A stretch of DNA of 64,000 nt, from assembly GCA_044226875.1 (NCBI GenBank), contig JBGAGD010000003.1, positions 294,601 to 358,600 of the forward strand, read 5' to 3'. Positions 7,817 to 15,806 of this stretch are shown in pieces (the stretch's first letter is position 1; the number at the start of each line of letters is the position of its first letter). The stretch comes from Bacteroidia bacterium. Lineage in GTDB: Bacteria; Bacteroidota; Bacteroidia; B-17B0; Aurantibacillaceae. The position numbers and the translations under genes are program-made. The notes below the pieces were generated by a model, which did not search any database, was not told the origin of the DNA, and saw only the letters and a list, made by a program, of their open reading frames with translations.

Positions 7817-8536
7817 ATGTTAGAACTATTAGACGGAACAGAAGAGTACAATAACGCAGGAGCGTTGTTAGGATTAGAAGGTGCAGAAAGCGAAGAACTG
7901 TTAGGTGCGCTTCGTAGAATGAACCCAATTGCTCGTCAACGCACCATTAACAAGTTGGCAAATCCTGGAGCAGGAAGTAAAGGCTCTCGTGCTGAAATGG
8001 AGAAACATTTCCGTGAGTTACCTGCGCACATCAAAAGTGCATTAGCAAAAGGAGAATTGCGTTTGGCAGATACCATTGTGTATTCCATCAAACCTGTGAA
8101 TTCAAAAACCATTAAGTTGTTTGAAACTCAGGATGTGAAAGAAGTTGGCTTGAGAAATATCAGCAACGCAAAATTACCAAAGAACCAAGCCTTATTGGTA
8201 AGCGGAATCGTGTTGTTGGCATCTATCCCTGAAAATGCGACTGCCGACAAAGTAATGGGATCGAAGTTTATTCAGTTGGAAGATTTCCCTGCAATTGCAA
8301 ACGGAGAGTTCAGCTTAAAAGCAAACAAAAAAATCATCATTCCTGAAACAAGTGTTGCTGCATTCAAAACATCAAACATGCACAGCGTTCCATTAGGATA
8401 TTACAAGTTGGCGAATCCACGCTTGATTCACGATGACATCTTGTTAGAGTTCACCGTTGAGTTAGGCTCAATGGAAGGACTTGATCCAAAAACCCAATTG
8501 TATGTTGGTTTACACGGAACTATTACAACTCCTTAA
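7817..8536 (+). CDS. Putative major structural (capsid?) protein
   Basis: 239 aa with a helical N-terminus and a beta-rich C-terminal ~150 aa. Followed by a strong intrinsic terminator, as is often seen after highly expressed capsid genes. The function is inferred. Confidence 0.35.
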   Translation: MLELLDGTEEYNNAGALLGLEGAESEELLGALRRMNPIARQRTINKLANPGAGSKGSRAEMEKHFRELPAHIKSALAKGELRLADTIVYSIKPVNSKTIKLFETQDVKEVGLRNISNAKLPKNQALLVSGIVLLASIPENATADKVMGSKFIQLEDFPAIANGEFSLKANKKIIIPETSVAAFKTSNMHSVPLGYYKLANPRLIHDDILLEFTVELGSMEGLDPKTQLYVGLHGTITTP

Positions 8537-8553
8537 TCAATAACCTAATAAGT

Positions 8554-8576
8554 CGGGAGAGCAATCTCCCGGCTTT
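8554..8576 (+). terminator. Rho-independent terminator
   Basis: CGGGAGA-gcaa-TCTCCCG hairpin followed by GCTTTT. Confidence 0.6.
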
Positions 8577-8591
8577 TAAAAAAGCAATACC

Positions 8592-8975
8592 ATGTTAAAA
8601 GCAACGAAAAAAAGATTTGATATAAAAATTCTTGTGGCGAACTCAACGGTGAGTGAAACCTTTGAATTGGAGAAGAACATTGTGAAAGTGCATGGGGTGT
8701 TGGTTACATCGGATAAGGACGATCTATTGTATTACAGAGGAACTCAGAAGATTGAAATAAACAAAGAAGAGTTCTTTCCTGATAACTACGAAAGCAAATT
8801 GTTAATGTCAGGAATCAATGTAGCACCAAAACAACGCTACTATGATTTGGGTGGTGTTGCACCCGGCAATGGCAGAGTTCAAATCTCTTACAAAGATTTG
8901 GATGATGGCAGAACGGTGTTCACGCCTTACCGAGTGAGTTTGTACTTAGACTGTGAAATGGAGGATGAGTTATGA
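8592..8975 (+). CDS. Hypothetical beta-rich protein (phage module)
   Basis: 127-aa ORF. ATGA overlap with the next ORF. Confidence 0.6.
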   Translation: MLKATKKRFDIKILVANSTVSETFELEKNIVKVHGVLVTSDKDDLLYYRGTQKIEINKEEFFPDNYESKLLMSGINVAPKQRYYDLGGVAPGNGRVQISYKDLDDGRTVFTPYRVSLYLDCEMEDEL

Positions 8976-9520
8976 TGAAAGAAGGAGTGATAATTAAAAC
9001 GATAAGTATTAAACGACAAGGCGAACGGAAACACTTTCAAATCAGGCTTCCCAAGGACACCAAGTTTATCATTGGAGTTGAATATGGAGGAAGATTGATA
9101 AGCAGAACGGAAGGTACTGTTGAAGCACCTGCACCAAAAGCTAAAACAGATGCGAAGGTCATTGAAGCTATTCATTCAACTGTTGAATCAGGCGCAGTAA
9201 GAGATGATAAACCAAAAGCACTTTTCAAAAGAAACCAATTAATCGGTGAGTTGAAACTGCAAAGTTGTGAAGAGGCGAATTGGTTTTATGCAGCAGATGT
9301 TTTTGGAAACGATGCCAACTTGAATTGGGGAGATTTTTCTCAAACAGGTTTTCCGGTAAATGATTTCACTCATGGCAATAAAAGAACAGAAGAAATTGTG
9401 AAGGTTGATGCAGAGTCGACAATCATTAACGGATGGTATTTAGATGCCTTGGGTAAGACGTTAAAGTTGGATATCAACTACGAGATTAAAGTTTATGTAT
9501 GGATTAATGTGGAGGAATAG
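8972..9520 (+). CDS. Hypothetical beta-rich protein (phage module)
   Basis: 182-aa ORF, translationally coupled to its neighbours. Confidence 0.6.
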   Translation: MMKEGVIIKTISIKRQGERKHFQIRLPKDTKFIIGVEYGGRLISRTEGTVEAPAPKAKTDAKVIEAIHSTVESGAVRDDKPKALFKRNQLIGELKLQSCEEANWFYAADVFGNDANLNWGDFSQTGFPVNDFTHGNKRTEEIVKVDAESTIINGWYLDALGKTLKLDINYEIKVYVWINVEE

Positions 9521-9523
9521 AAA

Positions 9524-9856
9524 ATGACAATAAATCTCGCCTTAGAATACATCCCACGAAGGATGCAGGAATTAGGATACAAGTCAGATTACTTTATCCG
9601 CTTCCGACACTTGGTGTTACAGCCAAATGAAGAACTAACCATTGATGCCCACACTCAATTCTATTACCTCGTTGAAGAAGCGCAGAATGTAAGAGTTGAA
9701 AGTGAAACAGGAATATTCGATTTGAGCGAAAGTGCTACCAATGAAATGCAATACGAACATCAAAGTAAAATACAGATCACTAATTATTTATCCGGAATCA
9801 ATCACTTAAGATTCATTCAAGTAATACCAAAAAACAAAACAACAATTAAAAAGTAA
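9524..9856 (+). CDS. Hypothetical small beta-rich protein (phage module)
   Basis: 110-aa ORF starting 3 nt after the previous stop. Confidence 0.6.
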   Translation: MTINLALEYIPRRMQELGYKSDYFIRFRHLVLQPNEELTIDAHTQFYYLVEEAQNVRVESETGIFDLSESATNEMQYEHQSKIQITNYLSGINHLRFIQVIPKNKTTIKK

Positions 9857-9861
9857 GAGTA

Positions 9862-10731
9862 ATGCAACATACCAATCCATATAACGATGTGAAGCTTTCC
9901 CAATTTAAAATGTGGCTTCACGACATGGTCGACAAAGGCGAAGGGAAATATATTGAAGTGTACGTTGACGATGTAAAAGTTGTGCCTCGTACCAACAGAA
10001 TTGAATCCATCGATGACCACAAAGTTTATCTTGATGATAGCACGGAAACAATAAAGATTTTCACTTACAATACTGAAAATTCAAACCGCTATCAGCAGTT
10101 TACTTTTTTCATCGAAAAAAAGAAACCAATTGAACACCCGGTTCAAAATCAAACACCACAAGTTCAACAACCACAAGGGCTATCCGGTATTGAATTAGAA
10201 AACAAAATCAATCAGTCCTTGGCACAAGAGCGTGAGCGTTGGCAAAATGATTTGATGAAACGTGACTATGAAACTTGCCAAAAGAAACTTACCGAAGCAG
10301 AAGATTACATCGAGGAGTTAGAAGAAAAACTCAATGTGTATAAAAGTAAAAAACTGCATTTAGGTGATGTTAACCTTGGTGAAGTTGCCTCTATTGTTTT
10401 AGAGGGAATGGTTAAACGAAACCCACATTGGGTTGCCAAATTACCCGGTGGAGATGCGCTTGCAGGATTGATTGCAAAGGAAGCTACAGAAAACGGAACA
10501 GCAGAAGTAATTGAAAGCGAAGTTGTGTTTAAAAAGAAAACACCTGTTGAAGATGGAATGTCCGAAGAGATGAAAGCGCAACTTGGATTCTTAAAACAAT
10601 TGGAATCACACTTTAATCAGGAGCAGCTTGATAAAATAATGCTCATCCTACAATCCTTTGTTGAAGAGCCAAAGAACATCGAAACAGTATTTGAACTATT
10701 AGAAATAAAAACAGAAAATGAAAAAGTTTAG
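9862..10731 (+). CDS. Hypothetical protein with Q/P linker and coiled-coil segment (scaffold-like?)
   Basis: 289 aa. Has a QNQTPQVQQPQ linker followed by the heptad-like LTEAEDYIEELEEKLNVYKSKK. Confidence 0.55.
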   Translation: MQHTNPYNDVKLSQFKMWLHDMVDKGEGKYIEVYVDDVKVVPRTNRIESIDDHKVYLDDSTETIKIFTYNTENSNRYQQFTFFIEKKKPIEHPVQNQTPQVQQPQGLSGIELENKINQSLAQERERWQNDLMKRDYETCQKKLTEAEDYIEELEEKLNVYKSKKLHLGDVNLGEVASIVLEGMVKRNPHWVAKLPGGDALAGLIAKEATENGTAEVIESEVVFKKKTPVEDGMSEEMKAQLGFLKQLESHFNQEQLDKIMLILQSFVEEPKNIETVFELLEIKTENEKV

Positions 10732-10900
10732 TTATGAAATAACCATTGAAGCGGCTACTGAAGCAGAAGCCGATTCTAAAATGAAAGCGTTAACCACGAT
10801 TGCAAAAAAGTTAAACACTAAGGAAATAGTGAAGCTTGCCGACATCGTACAAAACGATCCTGTAAAAACTGCATTAGCAAAAAAAGCATTAGGAGTATAA
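10718..10900 (+). CDS. Small helical hypothetical protein
   Basis: 60-aa ORF that overlaps the previous gene by 14 nt and ends 1 nt before the next ATG. Confidence 0.45.
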   Translation: MKKFSYEITIEAATEAEADSKMKALTTIAKKLNTKEIVKLADIVQNDPVKTALAKKALGV

Positions 10901-10901
10901 A

Positions 10902-11579
10902 ATGAAAAAGAATACCACCAAAGATGATTTAACCTTGAAAGAGAAACTTCTCTATTCCCTTATCGGAATTGGGATTGTGGGCGGTGGTATTTTCTTTGGG
11001 AAAAAGCTTGTTTTAAAAGGAGTCGCTAATCGTGAAGAGAAGAAATCTTTTGAAGATGGTACACCTGCAACCTTCGCCAAACAAATTAAAATGGCATTTG
11101 ACAATGATGGTTGGTGGGGAACAGATACCGAGAAGTTAAGAAGCACGTTAAGGGAGATCCCAAGTAAACAAGTTTTTCTCAAAGTACAGGAGTCCTATAA
11201 AAAACTCTACAACTCAAATATGATAACCGACATGAGTGATGAGTTGCAAACAACCGAGTACAATGAGATGCTTCAAATAATTGCACAGAAGCCGGATAAA
11301 ACGGGCGGTAAGCCTTCAAGTCCAACTTTAGTGTATGATGGGTGGGCAAAGCGTTTAAAAGCAGCCTTTGATAAAGAATACGGTTTTATACCGGGAACAG
11401 ATGAAGAAGCAATCAAAGCAGTTTTTAATGAAATGCCTACTCAAAAAGCATTTATCATGACCGGAGTAGTTTACAAGAAACTATATGCAACCGACATGAT
11501 GACCGATTTGAAAAGTGAGTTAGAGATGTGGGAATACAACGATTACTTAAAAATAATACTATCAAAACCAAAGGGATAA
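10902..11579 (+). CDS. Membrane-anchored protein with two annexin-like repeats
   Basis: N-terminal TM segment (LLYSLIGIGIVGGGIFFG). Two ~72-aa repeats: ...GWWGTDTEKLRSTLREIPSKQ..VQESYKKLYNSNMITDMSDELQTTEYNEMLQII and ...GFIPGTDEEAIKAVFNEMPTQK....VYKKLYATDMMTDLKSELEMWEYNDYLKIIL. Both follow the annexin repeat consensus G.GTDE..li.il..rs..q...i...Ykk.yg.dL..dlksE.sg.....l..l. Confidence 0.7.
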   Translation: MKKNTTKDDLTLKEKLLYSLIGIGIVGGGIFFGKKLVLKGVANREEKKSFEDGTPATFAKQIKMAFDNDGWWGTDTEKLRSTLREIPSKQVFLKVQESYKKLYNSNMITDMSDELQTTEYNEMLQIIAQKPDKTGGKPSSPTLVYDGWAKRLKAAFDKEYGFIPGTDEEAIKAVFNEMPTQKAFIMTGVVYKKLYATDMMTDLKSELEMWEYNDYLKIILSKPKG

Positions 11580-12193
11580 TGGAAAGCAAAACACAAAATA
11601 AAAGAAAAATAATCCTGATCGGACTGAGTGTATTAGGAACTGGTGTCGCTGGCTTCTTAGGATGGAACTACTGGAAAAAGAAGAAAGCGAATCAGGAAGA
11701 AGATACAACCTCCTTTACAGAAACTGCAAGCGTAAATACTGCGCCTGTAAAAAACGACAGCTTCCCTTTAAAAAGAGGCAGTAAAGGAAACAGAGTAACA
11801 CAACTTCAAAATGCCTTAGTTAAAAAATTCGGAGCAAGCATACTTCCAAAATACGGAGTAGATGGAATGTTCGGGAAAGAGGTTGAAGCAGCATTAGTGA
11901 GGGCTAAGTTGCCGACATCAATTAACGAATCGACCTATAATTCTTTTGTTGGTGCAAGCGGATTTGCCGGAATCATAAAACATGGAGATGAGATCGTTTC
12001 GATTGTTGAAACTGAAATCTATAAATCCAAAGGCAACTTTAAAATGAAAGTGCCTAAGCACATTGTGCTTGGCGAGAAGGAGTTTACTCATCAAGGTTGG
12101 ATTTACTTTATTCCTAAGAATAGCACAGAGCTTTTCAGGGTTAAAAAAGAACAAGTAAAATCCTTTAAAGAATTTAAAAATGAAAAATCTTAG
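11579..12193 (+). CDS. Membrane-anchored peptidoglycan-binding (PG_binding_1) protein
   Basis: Start taken at ATG 11579 (TAATG overlap with the previous stop). TM segment IILIGLSVLGTGVAGFLGW. LKRGSKGNRVTQLQNALVKKFG...VDGMFGKEVEAALVRAKL matches PG_binding_1. Confidence 0.7.
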   Translation: MESKTQNKRKIILIGLSVLGTGVAGFLGWNYWKKKKANQEEDTTSFTETASVNTAPVKNDSFPLKRGSKGNRVTQLQNALVKKFGASILPKYGVDGMFGKEVEAALVRAKLPTSINESTYNSFVGASGFAGIIKHGDEIVSIVETEIYKSKGNFKMKVPKHIVLGEKEFTHQGWIYFIPKNSTELFRVKKEQVKSFKEFKNEKS

Positions 12194-12626
12194 AAACATT
12201 AAATATATCGTGGTGCATTGTACCGCAACTCCACCAACAACAACTGTTGAATCCATTAAACGCTATTGGAAAGAACAACGTGGTTGGGGTGATACACCGG
12301 GCTACCATTACTTGATCCAACGACAAGGGAATTTAATTCAGTTGTTAGATGAAAGCAAAAACAGCTATGGCGTTTATGCTCACAATTCAAATTGCATTAG
12401 CCTTGCTTACATCGGTGGAATTGATAAAGATGGCAAACCACAAGACAACAGAACAGATGCACAAAAGCATTCCATGTTTGATTTGATTGTTTCTCTAACT
12501 GAGAAATATCCAAATGCACAGGTGTTGGGACATCGTGATTTTGCAGGAGTGAAAAAAGCCTGTCCTTGTTTCGATGTGAAGAAGTGGTTAAGTGAGTATG
12601 AACCCGATTTAGGAAACGCTGCATAA
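12180..12626 (+). CDS. N-acetylmuramoyl-L-alanine amidase (Amidase_2/PGRP, T7-lysozyme-like endolysin)
   Basis: Motifs IKYIVVHCTATPP, GYHYLI, ISLAYIGG, GHRDF..KACPCFDV provide the Zn ligands (H, H, C). Confidence 0.85.
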   Translation: MKNLRNIKYIVVHCTATPPTTTVESIKRYWKEQRGWGDTPGYHYLIQRQGNLIQLLDESKNSYGVYAHNSNCISLAYIGGIDKDGKPQDNRTDAQKHSMFDLIVSLTEKYPNAQVLGHRDFAGVKKACPCFDVKKWLSEYEPDLGNAA

Positions 12627-13309
12627 TGTTGCTATCGAAGATCAAAGGAATTCTACGAAGCAAAGGATATGAACTCTACACAAAGCCGAATCAATTAAAC
12701 ATAGTTGGGATTAGATCACCAAATACAATCCCTAATCGTTTTGATGATGAGATTCATGTCTTTTACAAAGTAGCCCCATTAAAATGGCATTACCATGTTT
12801 ACAAGGTAACAACCGATCCGGGTACATTTTGGTTGCGTAATCCAATGCAACCTCAAGGTACAGCCATCTTAGCTCAAGGGCAATACAAAGGTGCGTATAG
12901 AATCGGAATGCATCAAGGGAAGTACAAAGCATTGGTGCAATCAAAACCGATAACTGTAATAAGAGATTACGACAGAGATGCAAAACTTGATTTTAAAAAT
13001 GGCACAAAGAGCAAAGGGATGTATGGGATTAATATCCACCGTGCAAGTTTGAATGGGATCACAAAGCAAGTAGATAAATATTCTGCCGGATGTCAAGTGT
13101 TTTCAAATATCAATGAGTTCAAGGAATTCTTGAGTTTGTGCGAGAAGCACTTGAGTTTATACGGTAACAGTTTTACATACACGCTGATTGATTTTAGAGC
13201 GGTAAAGCGACAATCCTTTAAGCGTTGGGCTATCGGAACGGTGACTGTAGCATTAGGTTTAACAGCCTTGTGGGGAATTCTAAAAAGGAAAAAGAAAAAA
13301 CAAAAATGA
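12626..13309 (+). CDS. Putative cell-wall-active protein with YkuD-like H...SxGC signature and C-terminal TM anchor
   Basis: GINIHRAS...VDKYSAGCQVF resembles the L,D-transpeptidase-fold catalytic His/Cys motif. C-terminal TM segment WAIGTVTVALGLTALWGIL plus a KRKKKKQK tail. TAATG coupling to the amidase gene. Confidence 0.35.
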   Translation: MLLSKIKGILRSKGYELYTKPNQLNIVGIRSPNTIPNRFDDEIHVFYKVAPLKWHYHVYKVTTDPGTFWLRNPMQPQGTAILAQGQYKGAYRIGMHQGKYKALVQSKPITVIRDYDRDAKLDFKNGTKSKGMYGINIHRASLNGITKQVDKYSAGCQVFSNINEFKEFLSLCEKHLSLYGNSFTYTLIDFRAVKRQSFKRWAIGTVTVALGLTALWGILKRKKKKQK

Positions 13310-13530
13310 AAAATCGATTCATAACAGCTTTAGCGCAATTGCTAAAAGACAAAAATGGTAATACCAGTCTGCGTGAAGTAGTCACAGTCTTGTTTGTGAT
13401 TGTGTTGCTCGTGAGTTGGATTGCAGATCAGTTCTTTGAATTACAAATGCCCGAACACATGTTTTATGGTTTTATAACCCTTGTGGGAGCAGGTTGCTTC
13501 GGGTACTCGATTGAAAAAAAACAAGTGTAA
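13306..13530 (+). CDS. Holin-like small two-TM protein
   Basis: 74 aa from the internal ATG at 13306 (ATGA overlap with the previous stop). Two hydrophobic segments (VVTVLFVIVLLVSWI, FYGFITLVGAGCFGY). Sits in the lysis cassette. Confidence 0.45.
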   Translation: MKNRFITALAQLLKDKNGNTSLREVVTVLFVIVLLVSWIADQFFELQMPEHMFYGFITLVGAGCFGYSIEKKQV

Positions 13531-13549
13531 AATTTAAAAACTAATAAAT

Positions 13550-14155
13550 ATGAAACAGTTATTTTCTGCCTTTATCATAGGCATCATTGTTTGTTTCATC
13601 GCTGTAAAAAGCTGCGATGACAAACCAAAACAGGTAAATGTAAAAGAAATCAAAAAGGAGATTAAGACCTCCGGCAACTTAGTAGAAACGGTTAATCACG
13701 AATACCAAAAGGCGAAACACGAGTTCTCCAAAGTTGCCGATTCTTTGAAAACTGAAAACCAAAAGCTAAATGTAAAACTGCAAGTAACAAGAGCGTTATT
13801 GAAGAAGCAGCAAACAGTAGTTGTAAGCAATATTCCTTGTGACACATTGCGAAAGGAAGTTATAGTGCTGAACGATTTATGTAATGCTCAAGACAGTATA
13901 TGCAGCGTTTCCATTAGTTCGCTCAATCAAGCGGTTGCAGTAAGGGATTCACAAATTGTAATGTGTAACAGGAGTTATCAATCCTTGTTCGACATACAAA
14001 AAGAAAATCAGCAAAGACAAATGCAATTAGCTGAAGAGTTGAATACAGCTTACAAGGCAAACAGAAAGAAACGTTTTGAAAACAAAATGCTCACCTATGG
14101 GCTAATGATAATGTCGGGAATAACAACAACACTATTTATTAAATCACAGCAATAA
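13550..14155 (+). CDS. Spanin-like protein: N-terminal signal/anchor with Cys22, coiled-coil middle, C-terminal TM
   Basis: N-terminus MKQLFSAFIIGIIVCFIAVKSCDD, a heptad-rich middle, and C-terminal LTYGLMIMSGITTTLFI. Located right after the holin-like gene. Confidence 0.35.
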   Translation: MKQLFSAFIIGIIVCFIAVKSCDDKPKQVNVKEIKKEIKTSGNLVETVNHEYQKAKHEFSKVADSLKTENQKLNVKLQVTRALLKKQQTVVVSNIPCDTLRKEVIVLNDLCNAQDSICSVSISSLNQAVAVRDSQIVMCNRSYQSLFDIQKENQQRQMQLAEELNTAYKANRKKRFENKMLTYGLMIMSGITTTLFIKSQQ

Positions 14156-14330
14156 TGATAAAAGAGAAAACTATCGTTTCAACCACCACACTTGCAGCCT
14201 CTCTACTTATGTACTTCTATGCGAGAACCGCACAGAAAGACGCAGTTCCCTATGTGATGATTGGTGGTTTTATGGGAGCGGTTATCGGAGAGAGCATTGT
14301 TGAATATATAAACAAAAATAAAAAAGACTA
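14154..14330 (+). CDS. Unlisted 58-aa two-TM small protein (below ORF-track cutoff)
   Basis: Hand translation: MIKEKTIVSTTTLAASLLMYFYARTAQKDAVPYVMIGGFMGAVIGESIVEYINKNKKD. TAATG overlap with the previous stop. It exactly fills the gap before the ATG at 14334. Confidence 0.4.
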
Positions 14331-14333
14331 AGT

Positions 14334-14891
14334 ATGGCAACTATTATTGAAAACAACGGAGGTAGCATTAAGATTACCGAGAATGGTTCATCACGTTTTG
14401 TTCTGAAGTATCAGGTTCGTGAAGTGGAAATCGTAAGAGATACCATTATCAAAATTGACATCGGACAAGGTGCGCTAAACAACATCTATGTTGATCAGGC
14501 AGATGTTACTGCTCCAGTAACTGCTACAGTTGAGGAGTTGAGAGATCAAATCATTGGAATGTTACAAACCAATGTAACAGGGACTGCAACCGAAGCCAAA
14601 CAAACTGAAGAGATTAACGAGATTAAAAATCTTCAGGCAGTTGTTGGGAACTTGCAAGCGAAAGTAAATTCATTGGACGACAAAACATTCTTTCAACCTA
14701 AGTTGGTTGATGAGAGTAATGCAAATGTTGTGTACAATGGATTCGCTGTACCGGGAACAGCAGTTGATGCGCCTGTTTGGGCAATTCAGAAAGTAACCAA
14801 AACGAATGGTGTTTATTCCTACCAATGGGCAGGAGGTAACAGAAACTTCGACAAAATTTGGAACAACAGAAAAGCATTAATCTATAGCTAA
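14334..14891 (+). CDS. Hypothetical protein with central coiled coil (possible virion/receptor-binding protein)
   Basis: 185 aa. Coiled-coil stretch EINEIKNLQAVVGNLQAKVNSLD and a beta-rich C-terminus. Followed by a strong terminator. Confidence 0.55.
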   Translation: MATIIENNGGSIKITENGSSRFVLKYQVREVEIVRDTIIKIDIGQGALNNIYVDQADVTAPVTATVEELRDQIIGMLQTNVTGTATEAKQTEEINEIKNLQAVVGNLQAKVNSLDDKTFFQPKLVDESNANVVYNGFAVPGTAVDAPVWAIQKVTKTNGVYSYQWAGGNRNFDKIWNNRKALIYS

Positions 14892-14897
14892 AATCAA

Positions 14898-14930
14898 AGA
14901 GCCTCTTTCGGGAGGCTCTTTATTCTTTTT
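14898..14930 (+). terminator. Rho-independent terminator
   Basis: AGAGCCTC-tttcgg-GAGGCTCT hairpin followed by TTATTCTTTTT. Confidence 0.65.
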
Positions 14931-14933
14931 AAA

Positions 14934-15806
14934 ATGAAAACACCAATAACATACTACGGAGGGAAACAAACCCTATTAAAATACCTACTCCCTTTGATTC
15001 CGCAGCACAGATTGTACTGCGAACCGTTCTTTGGTGGTGGTGCAGTATTTTTTGCTAAACCGAAATCGGAAGTAGAAGTAATTAATGATATCAATAATGA
15101 AGTCATTAATTTTTTCAAAGTAATTAAAACGAAGTTCCCTGAACTTCAAAAAGAAATTCAATCAACCTTACACAGTCGTGAACTTTATAAAAGAGCGATG
15201 GAGATTTATAATAACCCCACAAAGTATTCAGATGTGAAACGTGCATGGGCATTATGGACAGCAACCAATCAAGGTTTCGCTGGCATGATAGGCTCTTGGG
15301 GTTTTGGTAAGGATGATTCAAAAGAAGCAGCACTCGCCAATAAAAGAGATGCTTTTACAAAGGAGTATGAACAACGACTCACAAAAGTGCAAGTCGAAAA
15401 TAATAGTGCAATCAAAGTAATAAACAGATGCGATGACAAAGAAACATTTATCTATGCAGACCCTCCGTACATTGGTTCGGATCAAGGTCATTATAAAGGT
15501 TATTCGGAAGACGATTACCGAGAACTTCTCAATGCGCTTTCCAAGGTAAAAGGAAAGTTCTTGTTAAGTTCTTATCCTTCAAAAATTCTAACCACTTACA
15601 TCAATAAATACAAGTGGAAAGTTCAAAAGGTTACTAAAAGCGTTGCAGTAACAAAACACACCGATAAAGTAAAAACGGAAATGATCGTTATGAATTACGA
15701 TCCTGCAAAAGCAAAATCTTTTATACACACATTGAGTCTGAAGGAGAAGAAGGACTTGCAAAGTTTAACGAGACAATTAACGCAATTAAAATTTAAAGCA
15801 AAATGA
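14934..15806 (+). CDS. dam: DNA adenine methyltransferase (D12 class, Dam-like), orphan
   Basis: Motifs YYGGKQTLLKYLLPLIP, EPFFGGGAVFF (SAM binding) and YADPPYIGS (DPPY catalytic motif). No adjacent restriction endonuclease recognised. Confidence 0.85.
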   Translation: MKTPITYYGGKQTLLKYLLPLIPQHRLYCEPFFGGGAVFFAKPKSEVEVINDINNEVINFFKVIKTKFPELQKEIQSTLHSRELYKRAMEIYNNPTKYSDVKRAWALWTATNQGFAGMIGSWGFGKDDSKEAALANKRDAFTKEYEQRLTKVQVENNSAIKVINRCDDKETFIYADPPYIGSDQGHYKGYSEDDYRELLNALSKVKGKFLLSSYPSKILTTYINKYKWKVQKVTKSVAVTKHTDKVKTEMIVMNYDPAKAKSFIHTLSLKEKKDLQSLTRQLTQLKFKAK

